A stretch of DNA of 64,000 bases from a virus. The stretch lies in IMG/VR virus record IMGVR_UViG_3300032397_000001; one strand, 5' to 3'. The position numbers and the translations under genes are program-made. Of this stretch, positions 37,988 to 47,420 are shown in pieces. Each line of letters begins with the position of its first letter. The first letter of the stretch is position 1. The notes below the pieces were generated by a model. The model ran no database searches, had not been told where the DNA came from, and worked only from the letters and a program-made list of their open reading frames with translations.

Positions 37988-39315
37988 TGTCGAATACTGT
38001 TACGAAGGTTTGGCAGAGTACTCTTGGTAAGCTAGTTGAAGTAAAATTCTTTCCACGACGTACTCCTGAACAGATTCCACAAAGTAAAATCATCAAGGAA
38101 ACTTTGTCTGATTATCCTTCACCGGCTCAATTCCCCAATCTTTTTACTTTGTATAAGAGAAATTCCTGGATCTTTTCTTCTGTTAACATGATTGTGCAGT
38201 CTTGTGTTGCTGTGCCTTTACGTGTTCGTGATCGATCAACTAAACGTATTATTTCTCCTACTGAGACTACTGAAGTAGGAATAGTTTTAAAGTATCCTAA
38301 TCCATTTATGACTCAGATGGAATTGATGGAGCGTCTTTTTTTACATTTAGAGATTGTAGGGAATGCATTTTGGGAAATGGTAGTCCAGGGAAATAAACTT
38401 CTCGCGATTTATCCTCTTGATCCTACCTCGATGACGATTATACCTGATGCACGCAATCTTGTCAAGGAATATGTTTATTCGGTAAATGGGAAAGATACTC
38501 ACTTTGCGCCCAATGAGATTATACACTTTAAGTATGTTGATCCTCAGAGTGAATTTTGGGGCTGGGCTCCAGTAATGGTGATGATGCGTCAAGCCAGATT
38601 AGAAGACAAACTGAAAACATATGGTGAAAAATTCTTTGATAATGATGCTACCCCTAGTGTTGTTTTGAAGACAGACCGTATTCTTTCTGATCCTACTTAT
38701 GAACGTTTACGTAAACGGTGGCTGGAGCGGCATCAAGGCGCTGCGAATAAATTTTCTGTTGCAATTCTCGAAGATGGGATGTCTTTTGAAAAAGCTGGCA
38801 CAATAATGTCCGAGTTAGATTATTCTGCCATCGAGGATAAGGTTCGCGATGAAATTACAGTGTCGTCAGGAGTTCCTCCTACGTTGTTAGGGATTCCGGG
38901 AGTTGCAAATTATGCCTCCGCTCGAGTAGCTCAGTCGATGTTCTTTGATTCGATCATTGCACCTCGTTTACGTAAAATTGCAATGACTGTTGACAAAGAT
39001 ATAATGAATCGATTTGATCGTGATCGTGAAGCCGTCTTTGACACTTCGGTTGCACCCATAAATATTGTGAAGCTTAGTGCGAATTCTCGAGTGGTGGCTA
39101 GATTATATACGCTAGATCTTATGACTTTGGATGAAGCTCGAAATTTGTTAGGTTTAACTCCAGATGATAAAATAGGTGACAAATATAAGAGTGAAGTAGA
39201 TGCGGAGAGAAGAAAAAGGGCTGCTGCTAGTGAGGGAGGAGATTCTAGTACAGGAGCAGACGCAGGCAGCGCTGCTGAAGGGACTCAGCAGGACCCTGGT
39301 GATATAGGAGATTAA
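37987..39315 (+). CDS. Portal protein (HK97 family)
   Basis: PNPFMT, GNAFW, EIIHFK, FFDNDATP, ILEDGM, GVPP.LLG, MTLDEARNLLGL. Confidence 0.93.
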   Translation: MSNTVTKVWQSTLGKLVEVKFFPRRTPEQIPQSKIIKETLSDYPSPAQFPNLFTLYKRNSWIFSSVNMIVQSCVAVPLRVRDRSTKRIISPTETTEVGIVLKYPNPFMTQMELMERLFLHLEIVGNAFWEMVVQGNKLLAIYPLDPTSMTIIPDARNLVKEYVYSVNGKDTHFAPNEIIHFKYVDPQSEFWGWAPVMVMMRQARLEDKLKTYGEKFFDNDATPSVVLKTDRILSDPTYERLRKRWLERHQGAANKFSVAILEDGMSFEKAGTIMSELDYSAIEDKVRDEITVSSGVPPTLLGIPGVANYASARVAQSMFFDSIIAPRLRKIAMTVDKDIMNRFDRDREAVFDTSVAPINIVKLSANSRVVARLYTLDLMTLDEARNLLGLTPDDKIGDKYKSEVDAERRKRAAASEGGDSSTGADAGSAAEGTQQDPGDIGD

Positions 39316-39322
39316 TATAAAG

Positions 39323-40345
39323 ATGACTTTAGATGATCTTTTGAATGCAGCCTTAGGTAAGGTTAGTGATAAAGAACTTCTGGAAGGGCACCTCCGTTTA
39401 CATCAATGGTTTATGAATGCGCCAAAAGAGGATGTTAATGCTCGTCAGGATTTGTTAAGAGCCCATCAAAAAGTATACTTGGAATTCATTAGAAGGGGGC
39501 TGCATCATTCTCCTGGTGAGGGTATTGATAGAATTGATTTAGCATATCCTAAAATTGAAAGTTCAATGTATTCTGATTACTCTAATGCTGAAGCAATATT
39601 GGGCCAGAGTATTCCTAATACAAATGTGGGGTGGCATGCTTCATTGCATGACATTTGGATTGCGGTTAAAATGAGGATGGGTTTGACGAAACCTGAGGAA
39701 CAGTTGATTAATACTCATGACATTGTTACTAATAAAATGGGCCATCATCCTATTTGGGATGAATTGGATGCTGATTGGGTATCTCAGTTTAAAAGCTTTT
39801 CTATGATGGTAGATGAGGATCCTGAGTTTATTTCTCTAGAGAAGGTCCTTCAAGGTTTTCCTGATAAGATTACTCTTGTTTCAGGTGCGGTTACTTTTAA
39901 GAAAGGATCTATTTATATTGTAAAAGGAATTATGGGCTCTTTGCGTGTTGCGATTTTAGTCAAGTTGCTTCGGAGAACAACAGGTTCTGAGTTGCCCGAT
40001 CTGCCAGAAGATCCTGATAGTGTTTTTGATCTTGATTTGGTTAATCATAGAGTAGTTGATTCATTGATATTGTCTTATACTGATTCAGCTTTTCCTCCTT
40101 TATATTGGATTAGCCGACCATTTGTTTATCTGGTTGGAGGTGTTGTTGAAAGCAGGATTTCATTAGTAGATGCAGATATTTTGATTCGTAGTGGCCTTCC
40201 TGATTGGTTTTATCAACATGTAGTATCTACTCTGACTCTAGAACACCCAGAGGGGCATAATTTACATTTTTCGGCTGATATAGGTTTAGGGCCTTTATCA
40301 CATAATATTCCTCTGTATGATTTAGTGTTGGAGTTAGCCGTTTGA
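39323..40345 (+). CDS. Head-module protein: two His-rich helical repeats + Pol-beta-type nucleotidyltransferase domain
   Basis: HLRLHQW...H..V..E..RRG..H and HASLH...H..V...M.HH; C-terminal LVGG-x9-DAD signature and PLYDLVL. Confidence 0.6.
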   Translation: MTLDDLLNAALGKVSDKELLEGHLRLHQWFMNAPKEDVNARQDLLRAHQKVYLEFIRRGLHHSPGEGIDRIDLAYPKIESSMYSDYSNAEAILGQSIPNTNVGWHASLHDIWIAVKMRMGLTKPEEQLINTHDIVTNKMGHHPIWDELDADWVSQFKSFSMMVDEDPEFISLEKVLQGFPDKITLVSGAVTFKKGSIYIVKGIMGSLRVAILVKLLRRTTGSELPDLPEDPDSVFDLDLVNHRVVDSLILSYTDSAFPPLYWISRPFVYLVGGVVESRISLVDADILIRSGLPDWFYQHVVSTLTLEHPEGHNLHFSADIGLGPLSHNIPLYDLVLELAV

Positions 40346-40896
40346 TACTTCAAATTGGGCCTGCTAAAGTAGAGATTTCGATTGATGATGGTGCCACCTT
40401 CTCTGAAGCTTTCGCGTCATCAGAAGCTAATATTACTCTCAATTTTCAGTATCGTGATCGTGTCAATGATGGTGTAGTAGTTGAATCTGCATATGAATCA
40501 GCTACTTTAACATTTGAATTGAACGCTACAGAATGGTCAATAGATGTTCTGAAGGCATTGTTCCCTTTTAGTTATTCTTATACTGATGCACCTACAGGAG
40601 TTCCCCGCACTACTAGAAGTCATCTTTTTGATTTGGGGGGTTTGACAGAAGAAGTTGAGACTAGTAATTATACACAATGTATTGTGTTTAAGAATGTACC
40701 TACCTGCTGGATAAAGTTTACACCTAATGTTACAGGCAAGGCAATAGGAGCTGAAATTCCAAAGGCAAGATTTGCTGAGGAGTTATCCATTCCGTTTGCA
40801 CCTTCACAGGAAGTAATACCTATTAAAGGAATAGGAATGAAATCACCTAATCAAAGTTTATTACTTATTTGGATGAATCAATGTATAATTCTATGA
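40342..40896 (+). CDS. Tail-tube-like protein (paralogue of 52268..53416)
   Basis: IGPAKV...ESATLTFELNATEWSIDVLKALF aligns by eye with IGPCVV...ETATLKFESIEWNLANLAKALG. Confidence 0.6.
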   Translation: MILQIGPAKVEISIDDGATFSEAFASSEANITLNFQYRDRVNDGVVVESAYESATLTFELNATEWSIDVLKALFPFSYSYTDAPTGVPRTTRSHLFDLGGLTEEVETSNYTQCIVFKNVPTCWIKFTPNVTGKAIGAEIPKARFAEELSIPFAPSQEVIPIKGIGMKSPNQSLLLIWMNQCIIL

Positions 40897-41038
40897 TAGG
40901 CAAAAAAATTTGGCATCAGAGTCGCCAGGTTATAATACGTAAGATTGTAAGATCGTGTTGTGGCAAGACAAGATTTCTTGTCGAAGACTCCAAGACAGGA
41001 AAACAAGAAATGATTATCGGCCGCCTTCCAGGTCAAAG

Positions 41039-41494
41039 ATGACTCCTCAAGTCTTAGAATTTGTACAAAAACTAAATTTACAAGGCCGAACACTTGATGT
41101 TGGAAGTATGGATGTCAATGGAAGTGTTCGTGATTTTTTTATAAACTATATTGGTCTTGACATGCGCCTTGGGAAAAATGTTGATATAGTTGCGAAGGCA
41201 AATCATCTTCCTTTCGTTAGTAATTTATTCGATAATGTGACATGCCTAGAAATGCTGGAGCACGATGATTGTTTCTGGGAAAGCATTCCTGAAATGATAA
41301 GAGTGTTAAAGATAGGTGGTTCTTTCGTTTTAACTGCTAGAGGAATTCATTTTGAGAAGCATGAATATCCTCATGATTATTGGCGCTTTACAAAAGAATC
41401 TTTTGAATTACTATGTAAAGGTTTAGCGAATATTGTTTGTATTGATGAAACCGGTGAAAGTGGTGTGTTCTTATGTGGAGTGAAGGGTGCCTAA
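41039..41494 (+). CDS. Class I SAM-dependent methyltransferase (type 11-like)
   Basis: TLDVGS.DVNG, GLD...G.NVD, LEH, LKIGG, YPHDYWRFT. Confidence 0.85.
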   Translation: MTPQVLEFVQKLNLQGRTLDVGSMDVNGSVRDFFINYIGLDMRLGKNVDIVAKANHLPFVSNLFDNVTCLEMLEHDDCFWESIPEMIRVLKIGGSFVLTARGIHFEKHEYPHDYWRFTKESFELLCKGLANIVCIDETGESGVFLCGVKGA

Positions 41495-43073
41495 ACTTTC
41501 TGTTTCTGTTGCAGTAATGAATCAGAAGGAGATCACTCAAACTTTTTTTGAGTCGTTGTATGCATTTACTATAGACTTTGAATTGATTATAACAGATAAT
41601 GGATCAGGCGATGAGACAGCTCAATTTCTAAGTGAGTTTGTTCAGGCTCACGAGAATGCGGTTCTCATTAGACACAAGTTGAATGTAGGATTTGGTAAAG
41701 CACACAATATAGCTTCACGTCGTGCTCAAGGCCAGTTTTTTGCTGTTTTAAATAACGACATTGAATTTTTTGAATTCTGGGCTGAAAAACTGTATCCTCT
41801 GTTCGATGAATCTAATGTTGCATTAGTAGGGCCATCAAATGGAGTTTGTAATTCGTTAACACCAGATGCACAAGGAGTATTCAACCCCGAGAAAGTAAAT
41901 GATCCTGATTACTGTGAAGGGTCATGTTTAATGATGCGAACTAAGCTAGCGCGTAAGTTTGGTCCATTCGACGAGGCTTATAGACTAGGATATTATGAAG
42001 ACTCAGACTTAGGAATTCGAATAAGGAAGGCAGGCTTCAAGTTAAAGACTGTACCTCTTGATTGGGTTCACTATCGTGCAAAGACTTCTTCTGCTGTAGC
42101 TGAAACACTTGATATACCAGGAATCCATTTTGTTAATGAGCAGATCTTTCGACGTCGATGGACAAGTTATCTTCTCCGTAAAAGGTTTGGTAAAACGTAT
42201 ATTATACAACGCAAAGGATCTCATGGAGATGTTCTCTTAACTACTCCAATTATTGAAGCAATTAAGAAAAGAGAGCCTGAATCAGTAATTTGTTTTTCTA
42301 CACAATGTCCTGAGACTATAGCAAGAAATTCTCAGATTGATTATCTAATCCCTCCTGATCTTCCATTTCAATGTGATGAGTTCATTAATCTGGACAGTTC
42401 TTATGAGAGGAGATTTAATGAGCATATTATTGATGTGTATGCTCGTGTAGCAAAAGTAAAAGTATTAAGGAAGAGAGCAAAGGTTACTTTGTTGAAAGAC
42501 GACTTCAAATTTATTGAGAGGTATCTTCCCCCCAAATTTAACTCTTATATAGTAGTTGATGTTAGTGATACATGGCAAGGAAAACAGTGGACTATTGAGA
42601 ATTGGGCTGGAGTTACTGAAGAATTAAGGAAACACAACATCACAGTTGTGTCTGTAGGCATTTCTAAAACACGCAATCTGAAAGGGATTGCACAAATAGA
42701 TCTTATCAATAAATTAAGCATATCGCAAACGTCTGCTGTGATTTGTCGTGCTGCAGGATTCATAGGAGCTGAAGGATTAACCGCTCATGTATCTCAGGCT
42801 GTTGACACCCCCTGTTTAGTTCTATATGGATGCACTTCTCCTCAATATGTTAGTTGTTCAGATGCAATGATTGAGCATGTAATTTCATCTGTTGCATGTC
42901 AAGGTTGTAGACATGTTTCATACCCTTCTGGAGTTACAGTTATTTGTAAACGTGATTATGAATGCATGAAGCGCATAACGGTTCAACACGTAATAGATCA
43001 GTTTGCTGTGTTAATGCAAAAATATGGCAAATTAGAAAAGGTAGTCCATTTGAAGGACGTTCCTAATGCGTAA
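41487..43073 (+). CDS. Fused GT2 + GT9 (heptosyltransferase-like) glycosyltransferase
   Basis: GT2: DNGSGD, NVGFGKAHN, LNND, YYEDSD. GT9: GDVLLTTP, KQW..ENW, HV..AV.TP...LYG, C..C...C...CM. Confidence 0.85.
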   Translation: MPKLSVSVAVMNQKEITQTFFESLYAFTIDFELIITDNGSGDETAQFLSEFVQAHENAVLIRHKLNVGFGKAHNIASRRAQGQFFAVLNNDIEFFEFWAEKLYPLFDESNVALVGPSNGVCNSLTPDAQGVFNPEKVNDPDYCEGSCLMMRTKLARKFGPFDEAYRLGYYEDSDLGIRIRKAGFKLKTVPLDWVHYRAKTSSAVAETLDIPGIHFVNEQIFRRRWTSYLLRKRFGKTYIIQRKGSHGDVLLTTPIIEAIKKREPESVICFSTQCPETIARNSQIDYLIPPDLPFQCDEFINLDSSYERRFNEHIIDVYARVAKVKVLRKRAKVTLLKDDFKFIERYLPPKFNSYIVVDVSDTWQGKQWTIENWAGVTEELRKHNITVVSVGISKTRNLKGIAQIDLINKLSISQTSAVICRAAGFIGAEGLTAHVSQAVDTPCLVLYGCTSPQYVSCSDAMIEHVISSVACQGCRHVSYPSGVTVICKRDYECMKRITVQHVIDQFAVLMQKYGKLEKVVHLKDVPNA

Positions 43074-44070
43074 ATTGAAGGTATGTTTCTTATCCGCAGA
43101 TACTGGAGGATCTGGGTATTATCGTACAAAGTTGCCTGCGAAGTATTTACAACAGAGTCGATATGATGATCTTGAAGTTATGCACTATGATGATTTCAGG
43201 TTGATTAAAGATCCCTTCGATGTTTTAATAATACAACGTCAATGGAGAGATCATATTCTTGTTTGGTGTCTACAGTTAAAAAAGCAGGGTACGAGAATCA
43301 TTTTTGAATTAGATGACAATTTATGGTCTATTCCATCAACTATAGATTCTCATAAAATATATCAACTTGACACGCTACATAAAATAGAAAACTTTATTCG
43401 TATGAGTAATGCTGTAATTACCACTTCTGATCCTCTTAGAGTAATCTTATCGCAATTCAATTCAAATGTATGTGTTATTCCTAATTTTGTAGAGATTCCT
43501 GAAATCATTCCGCAGTTGCCGAAGCGTAGAATAAAAATCGGGTTTTGTGGAAGTGTATCTCATGTTGAGCATCTTAAGATTTTAACTCCTATTTTAATTC
43601 GATTGAATGCGATCTGCCCCAAGATTGAATTAATTGTTATGGGATTACCGTGCCCAGAATTGAGTTTGTACGCAACAACGATTTTACCGGCTTCTCCTGA
43701 GTCTTTTATCAATGCATTGGCTTCTCTTGAGCTTGATATCGGTCTCGCATATGTATTTGACAATATTTTCGATAAATGTAGAAGTTGGTTGAAGTTTTTA
43801 GAGTATTCTATCACGGGTGCTGTGACGGTGGCTCCGAATCTTGAACCATATTCAAATATTATTACAAATGGTGAAAATGGTATTTTAATAAATAAGGATT
43901 CAGATTGGCTCTCCACTTTAACTGAGCTTGTGAAAAGTGGAGATTACAAATCGATGGCAAGAGTCGCTTATCAAGAAACTTTGAATTCTTGGTTAATACA
44001 AAATAATGTTTATCGGTGGTATAATGTTATTCAGGAGACTGTAGATGGACAAAGAGAACAATGTGCGTGA
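43066..44070 (+). CDS. Glycosyltransferase (GT4-like, phage type)
   Basis: GGSGYYR..LP, IQR, ELDD, IPN, IGFCGS..H, LDIGLA...F..C.S..K.LEY. Confidence 0.8.
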   Translation: MRKLKVCFLSADTGGSGYYRTKLPAKYLQQSRYDDLEVMHYDDFRLIKDPFDVLIIQRQWRDHILVWCLQLKKQGTRIIFELDDNLWSIPSTIDSHKIYQLDTLHKIENFIRMSNAVITTSDPLRVILSQFNSNVCVIPNFVEIPEIIPQLPKRRIKIGFCGSVSHVEHLKILTPILIRLNAICPKIELIVMGLPCPELSLYATTILPASPESFINALASLELDIGLAYVFDNIFDKCRSWLKFLEYSITGAVTVAPNLEPYSNIITNGENGILINKDSDWLSTLTELVKSGDYKSMARVAYQETLNSWLIQNNVYRWYNVIQETVDGQREQCA

Positions 44071-46603
44071 AGCTGACGCGCAAGCTAAAACCAATGAACT
44101 TTTAGGTCCTGGACACTTCTTCTGGGTTCCAAAGACATCAGTTTCTATAGTTAGTTATCGAGAGGCTGAAGTATATTCAGTCACACAACTTATGGAATAT
44201 GTTGATCTTCTTGAAAGAAAGTATCATACATTTCCTGAGATAGCTATTCAAAAGAAGTATGATGGTGATAATATCGAGTTTCACCGGGATACTCATGGGA
44301 AGTTTACAATTTTTACGGATAATGGATCTACGGTTACGAATCGTGTACCTGGCCTCATTAAGCTTTCAGAGAAACTTTTTTCTGATAAGTCATATATTCT
44401 AATTGGTGAATTGGAAGGATGGTCTCATGGTGTTCATTCTGGTCGTGAACAAGTCTCAGGATATTTGAATGCACAAACTCCTCCTAATGATTCTACGTTG
44501 TGTATAAGCTTTTTCGATTGTGTGTGGTTTGATGGAAAGGATTTGCATGGTGAGCCGTATAATGTGAGATATGGGCTTCTCGAGAAAGAGTTCAAGATTT
44601 CTCAATCACTCATAACCAATTTGCAACCCGGTTTCAATCTTGCGCCAACCTTCATAGTTAAAGCGAAAGCTGCTTTACAGAGTGCAGTGCAACAGGTAGT
44701 ACGACCAAGAGAAAGCGAGGGCGCCGTTCTTAAGATTTGGAATGGGTTTAAATTTTCCCTAAACAAGAGTGCCAATGAGATGATTAAGTTTAAGAAATGG
44801 GCAGAAGCTCATTTTGTTGTATTACAGAAACGTCAAATTGCAGGGTCAAAACAAACGTTTCAGTATTGGATAGGTATTAAGGTTTTGGTGTCTGAGCGTG
44901 ATACTGTTGTTCAGAATAAGGTTGAGGAATATGGTGGACAGAATTACTTGCGTTGTGCCAAGACATTTAACACGAATGTCCAAGCAAAGGTAGGTGATAT
45001 AATTACAGTTAGATTTAGCAATGTTTTTGTATATCATGAACAGGATAAAATCTATTTTGGTATTTATGCGCCCAATGTTTATGAGAATAGAACTGTGCAA
45101 CAGCATGATGAGGAACCTGATACTGTTTCTACATTGTTAAGGATAGGGGAAGAGTCTGGACTGATTGTGCAGAAAGGTATAGGAGTTTTCATTTCTAAGG
45201 CTACTGATGCTTTCATGCAATATCCTCCAGAAGCAAAACCTTGCAAGTATGTTATGCAAGAACATTTCAGAGGGAAGACTGCTCATATTGATTTCCGTAT
45301 CCAGTCTATTTCAGATACTTTGATTGGTTATACTATCATGAATCAGGTTGAGGGAAAGATTAAGACCCCAATTCTAAATGTAGCACAAGGGCGTAAAGTT
45401 TTAAAACAGTCTGATAATTGGAAGTTTGATGCTATCAAAGGTATTTTTCAACGACGTCGAATTGCAGGTGGAGAGATTCGATTTGCCAGTCTTCAGGTTG
45501 CACTCAAACAATCGGAGCCAGAAAATTGGCTTTCAGTAGAGGGCGTTTCCGAAGTTGGTGGGACGGGAGCCACTTCAAAATGGCCTGGAGTATTTGTCAT
45601 TGCATCGCAAGGACAGTTAGCATATGGCTATCGAGAAGTTTACTTTCACGAGTATTTTGTGTATAATGATAAATGGCCTGATGGGGGTCTCCGAATGTTG
45701 TTTAGACTTCTCTCAGGTCCTGAATTACAGCAAGCATCAATTCCGATATCGAATTTGTTAGAACCTTTCACTGATGAACCTGACAAGTTTACTGTTGAGA
45801 ATAACGAAATTATTTTTGATAATGGAACGATTTCTATGCATGACTTCGAAGTAGATCGTCTTGGCAAATCTCTGCATAAGATACTTCCTCCTTCGGAGGA
45901 GCCTGGGCGTGAAATGCCTTTTGTTTGGCTTCTAGTTAAACCAAAAACGAATGAACCATATATATTATCTGCGCGGGCAAGGCTGAAAAAGAAATATTCT
46001 CCTGTAGGAGTATCGACTTTACCTGCTTCGGTCAAGAAACAAATCCCTGCTTCCTTGAGATATTGGGAAGCATCCTCTTCACAGAAGATGCAAGCTATGC
46101 TTGATGAGCTGAGAGATAAAATTAAAGGACATGAAGTCGAGTTGGACTATAGTGATAAGGTTGTTTTCAAACGTGCAAGTAGCTTTGTTTTGGAAAAGGC
46201 AGCTGAGTCAAGTTATATCTTGAAGCGACGCTGGTGGCGGGGGCCCATAGTTATCAGATTGGGATCATCTGCGGAATTTTATGATTTGTATTTCCAAAAA
46301 GATCAGGAATGGGATCAGTTTATTTTAACGCAGAATCCTGTTAACTATGATTCATTCGCAGGATGGTTACGAATTAATATTACCCAAGATGAAGTTAATT
46401 TTGAGGGAACTTTGCCCCCTGGTCATGAGCTCAATCCAAATAAAAAGTTAGCAGCCGAGACGAAGATTGTTGGATCAGGTACTTTTAGTTTGAATGAGAT
46501 ATCCCGTGATGTTTGGCAATTAGAATTTAAAGATGGAACTTTGAAGGATAGATCTTTTACAGCGACGCGTGATGCTGGTATATGGAAGTTTAGTTTGGGT
46601 TGA
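44045..46603 (+). CDS. Second ATP-dependent DNA ligase fused to LigD phosphoesterase-like domain(s), in head module
   Basis: KKYDG, IGELE, FFD, SEGAVLK, IKFKK plus OB fold; then YVMQEHFRGKTAHIDFRI (LigD PE-like) and a degenerate copy YILKRRWWRG...FYDLYF. Confidence 0.8.
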   Translation: MDKENNVREADAQAKTNELLGPGHFFWVPKTSVSIVSYREAEVYSVTQLMEYVDLLERKYHTFPEIAIQKKYDGDNIEFHRDTHGKFTIFTDNGSTVTNRVPGLIKLSEKLFSDKSYILIGELEGWSHGVHSGREQVSGYLNAQTPPNDSTLCISFFDCVWFDGKDLHGEPYNVRYGLLEKEFKISQSLITNLQPGFNLAPTFIVKAKAALQSAVQQVVRPRESEGAVLKIWNGFKFSLNKSANEMIKFKKWAEAHFVVLQKRQIAGSKQTFQYWIGIKVLVSERDTVVQNKVEEYGGQNYLRCAKTFNTNVQAKVGDIITVRFSNVFVYHEQDKIYFGIYAPNVYENRTVQQHDEEPDTVSTLLRIGEESGLIVQKGIGVFISKATDAFMQYPPEAKPCKYVMQEHFRGKTAHIDFRIQSISDTLIGYTIMNQVEGKIKTPILNVAQGRKVLKQSDNWKFDAIKGIFQRRRIAGGEIRFASLQVALKQSEPENWLSVEGVSEVGGTGATSKWPGVFVIASQGQLAYGYREVYFHEYFVYNDKWPDGGLRMLFRLLSGPELQQASIPISNLLEPFTDEPDKFTVENNEIIFDNGTISMHDFEVDRLGKSLHKILPPSEEPGREMPFVWLLVKPKTNEPYILSARARLKKKYSPVGVSTLPASVKKQIPASLRYWEASSSQKMQAMLDELRDKIKGHEVELDYSDKVVFKRASSFVLEKAAESSYILKRRWWRGPIVIRLGSSAEFYDLYFQKDQEWDQFILTQNPVNYDSFAGWLRINITQDEVNFEGTLPPGHELNPNKKLAAETKIVGSGTFSLNEISRDVWQLEFKDGTLKDRSFTATRDAGIWKFSLG

Positions 46604-46667
46604 TTTGAGTGCCTGTGCGTTTTATCTGATTTAGGATCAATATTTCTTAAAGAGAGGAGACCTGTAG

Positions 46668-46699
46668 AGGTTCTGCGTGCTTGTGACGTAGAACCTTTT
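46668..46699 (+). terminator. Hairpin / possible terminator inside a structured intergenic region
   Basis: AGGTTCTGCGT-gcttgtg-ACGTAGAACCT followed by TTT. Confidence 0.55.
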
Positions 46700-46753
46700 A
46701 TGCATGATGTCTCATAGTTTTCATTTGGTTGGCATTTAAGGAGGACTTTCATT

Positions 46754-47401
46754 ATGCCTACTTACAAAAACAACAGGTCCGAACGTTTGGTTGTTATGGG
46801 GATTGCCTTTCTTCCGGGTCAACAGAAGACGACTGACAAGATCTTGATGGAAACCACTCTTGAGGTTTCTGCAATATCAACCGCTTTCCAGGTAGGTGAA
46901 ACTGTCAGTGCTGGATCTCCTACAGCGACTGGGAAGATTTTGAGAGTTAGGACAAATCCTGATCTCTTGGATCTTGTTGGTCGCAATAGCAACGATTTCG
47001 TGACAGGTACTACCCTTACGGGTGGAACTTCGAGCTGTTTTGCGAGCGTTGAACGAATCAGTGAGTTGGTAACAGCCATCTCGGCCGAGCCGTATTACAA
47101 TCCCAAGACAACTGCTCATACGGTGACTGCTAGTGGGGCTGAAGTTGAAGTGATGTATCTCTCCGACTTTTTCAATACCAGATATCTCAAGATTTCGGAT
47201 GTGTCGGGGGGTATCACCATTGATATTTATTTCCGTAGTGAGTCTAACACACCTGCGGTCGTTGACGGAATGGGAAACATCGATGATCCCATTATTCTCG
47301 CTGTTAATCAGAATGTGGAGTGCCTAGCAATTGATTTCTCCGGAGCGGGAACCTGTATCGTGGAGGAATTCACAACTCTTGAAGCCGCGGAGATTGGATA
47401 A
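46754..47401 (+). CDS. Probable virion structural or decoration protein
   Basis: AAGGAGG RBS; T/S/G/V-rich beta sequence (FQVGETV...ATG); directly before the protease. Confidence 0.5.
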   Translation: MPTYKNNRSERLVVMGIAFLPGQQKTTDKILMETTLEVSAISTAFQVGETVSAGSPTATGKILRVRTNPDLLDLVGRNSNDFVTGTTLTGGTSSCFASVERISELVTAISAEPYYNPKTTAHTVTASGAEVEVMYLSDFFNTRYLKISDVSGGITIDIYFRSESNTPAVVDGMGNIDDPIILAVNQNVECLAIDFSGAGTCIVEEFTTLEAAEIG

Positions 47402-47420
47402 CTCCAACAGGGGGTAAATT

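Noticed and set aside
40905-40936. Promoter for the methyltransferase-glycosyltransferase cassette (TTGGCA...TATAAT)
   Set aside because: The spacer is only 15 nt and the -35 is poor; cannot be supported without TSS data.
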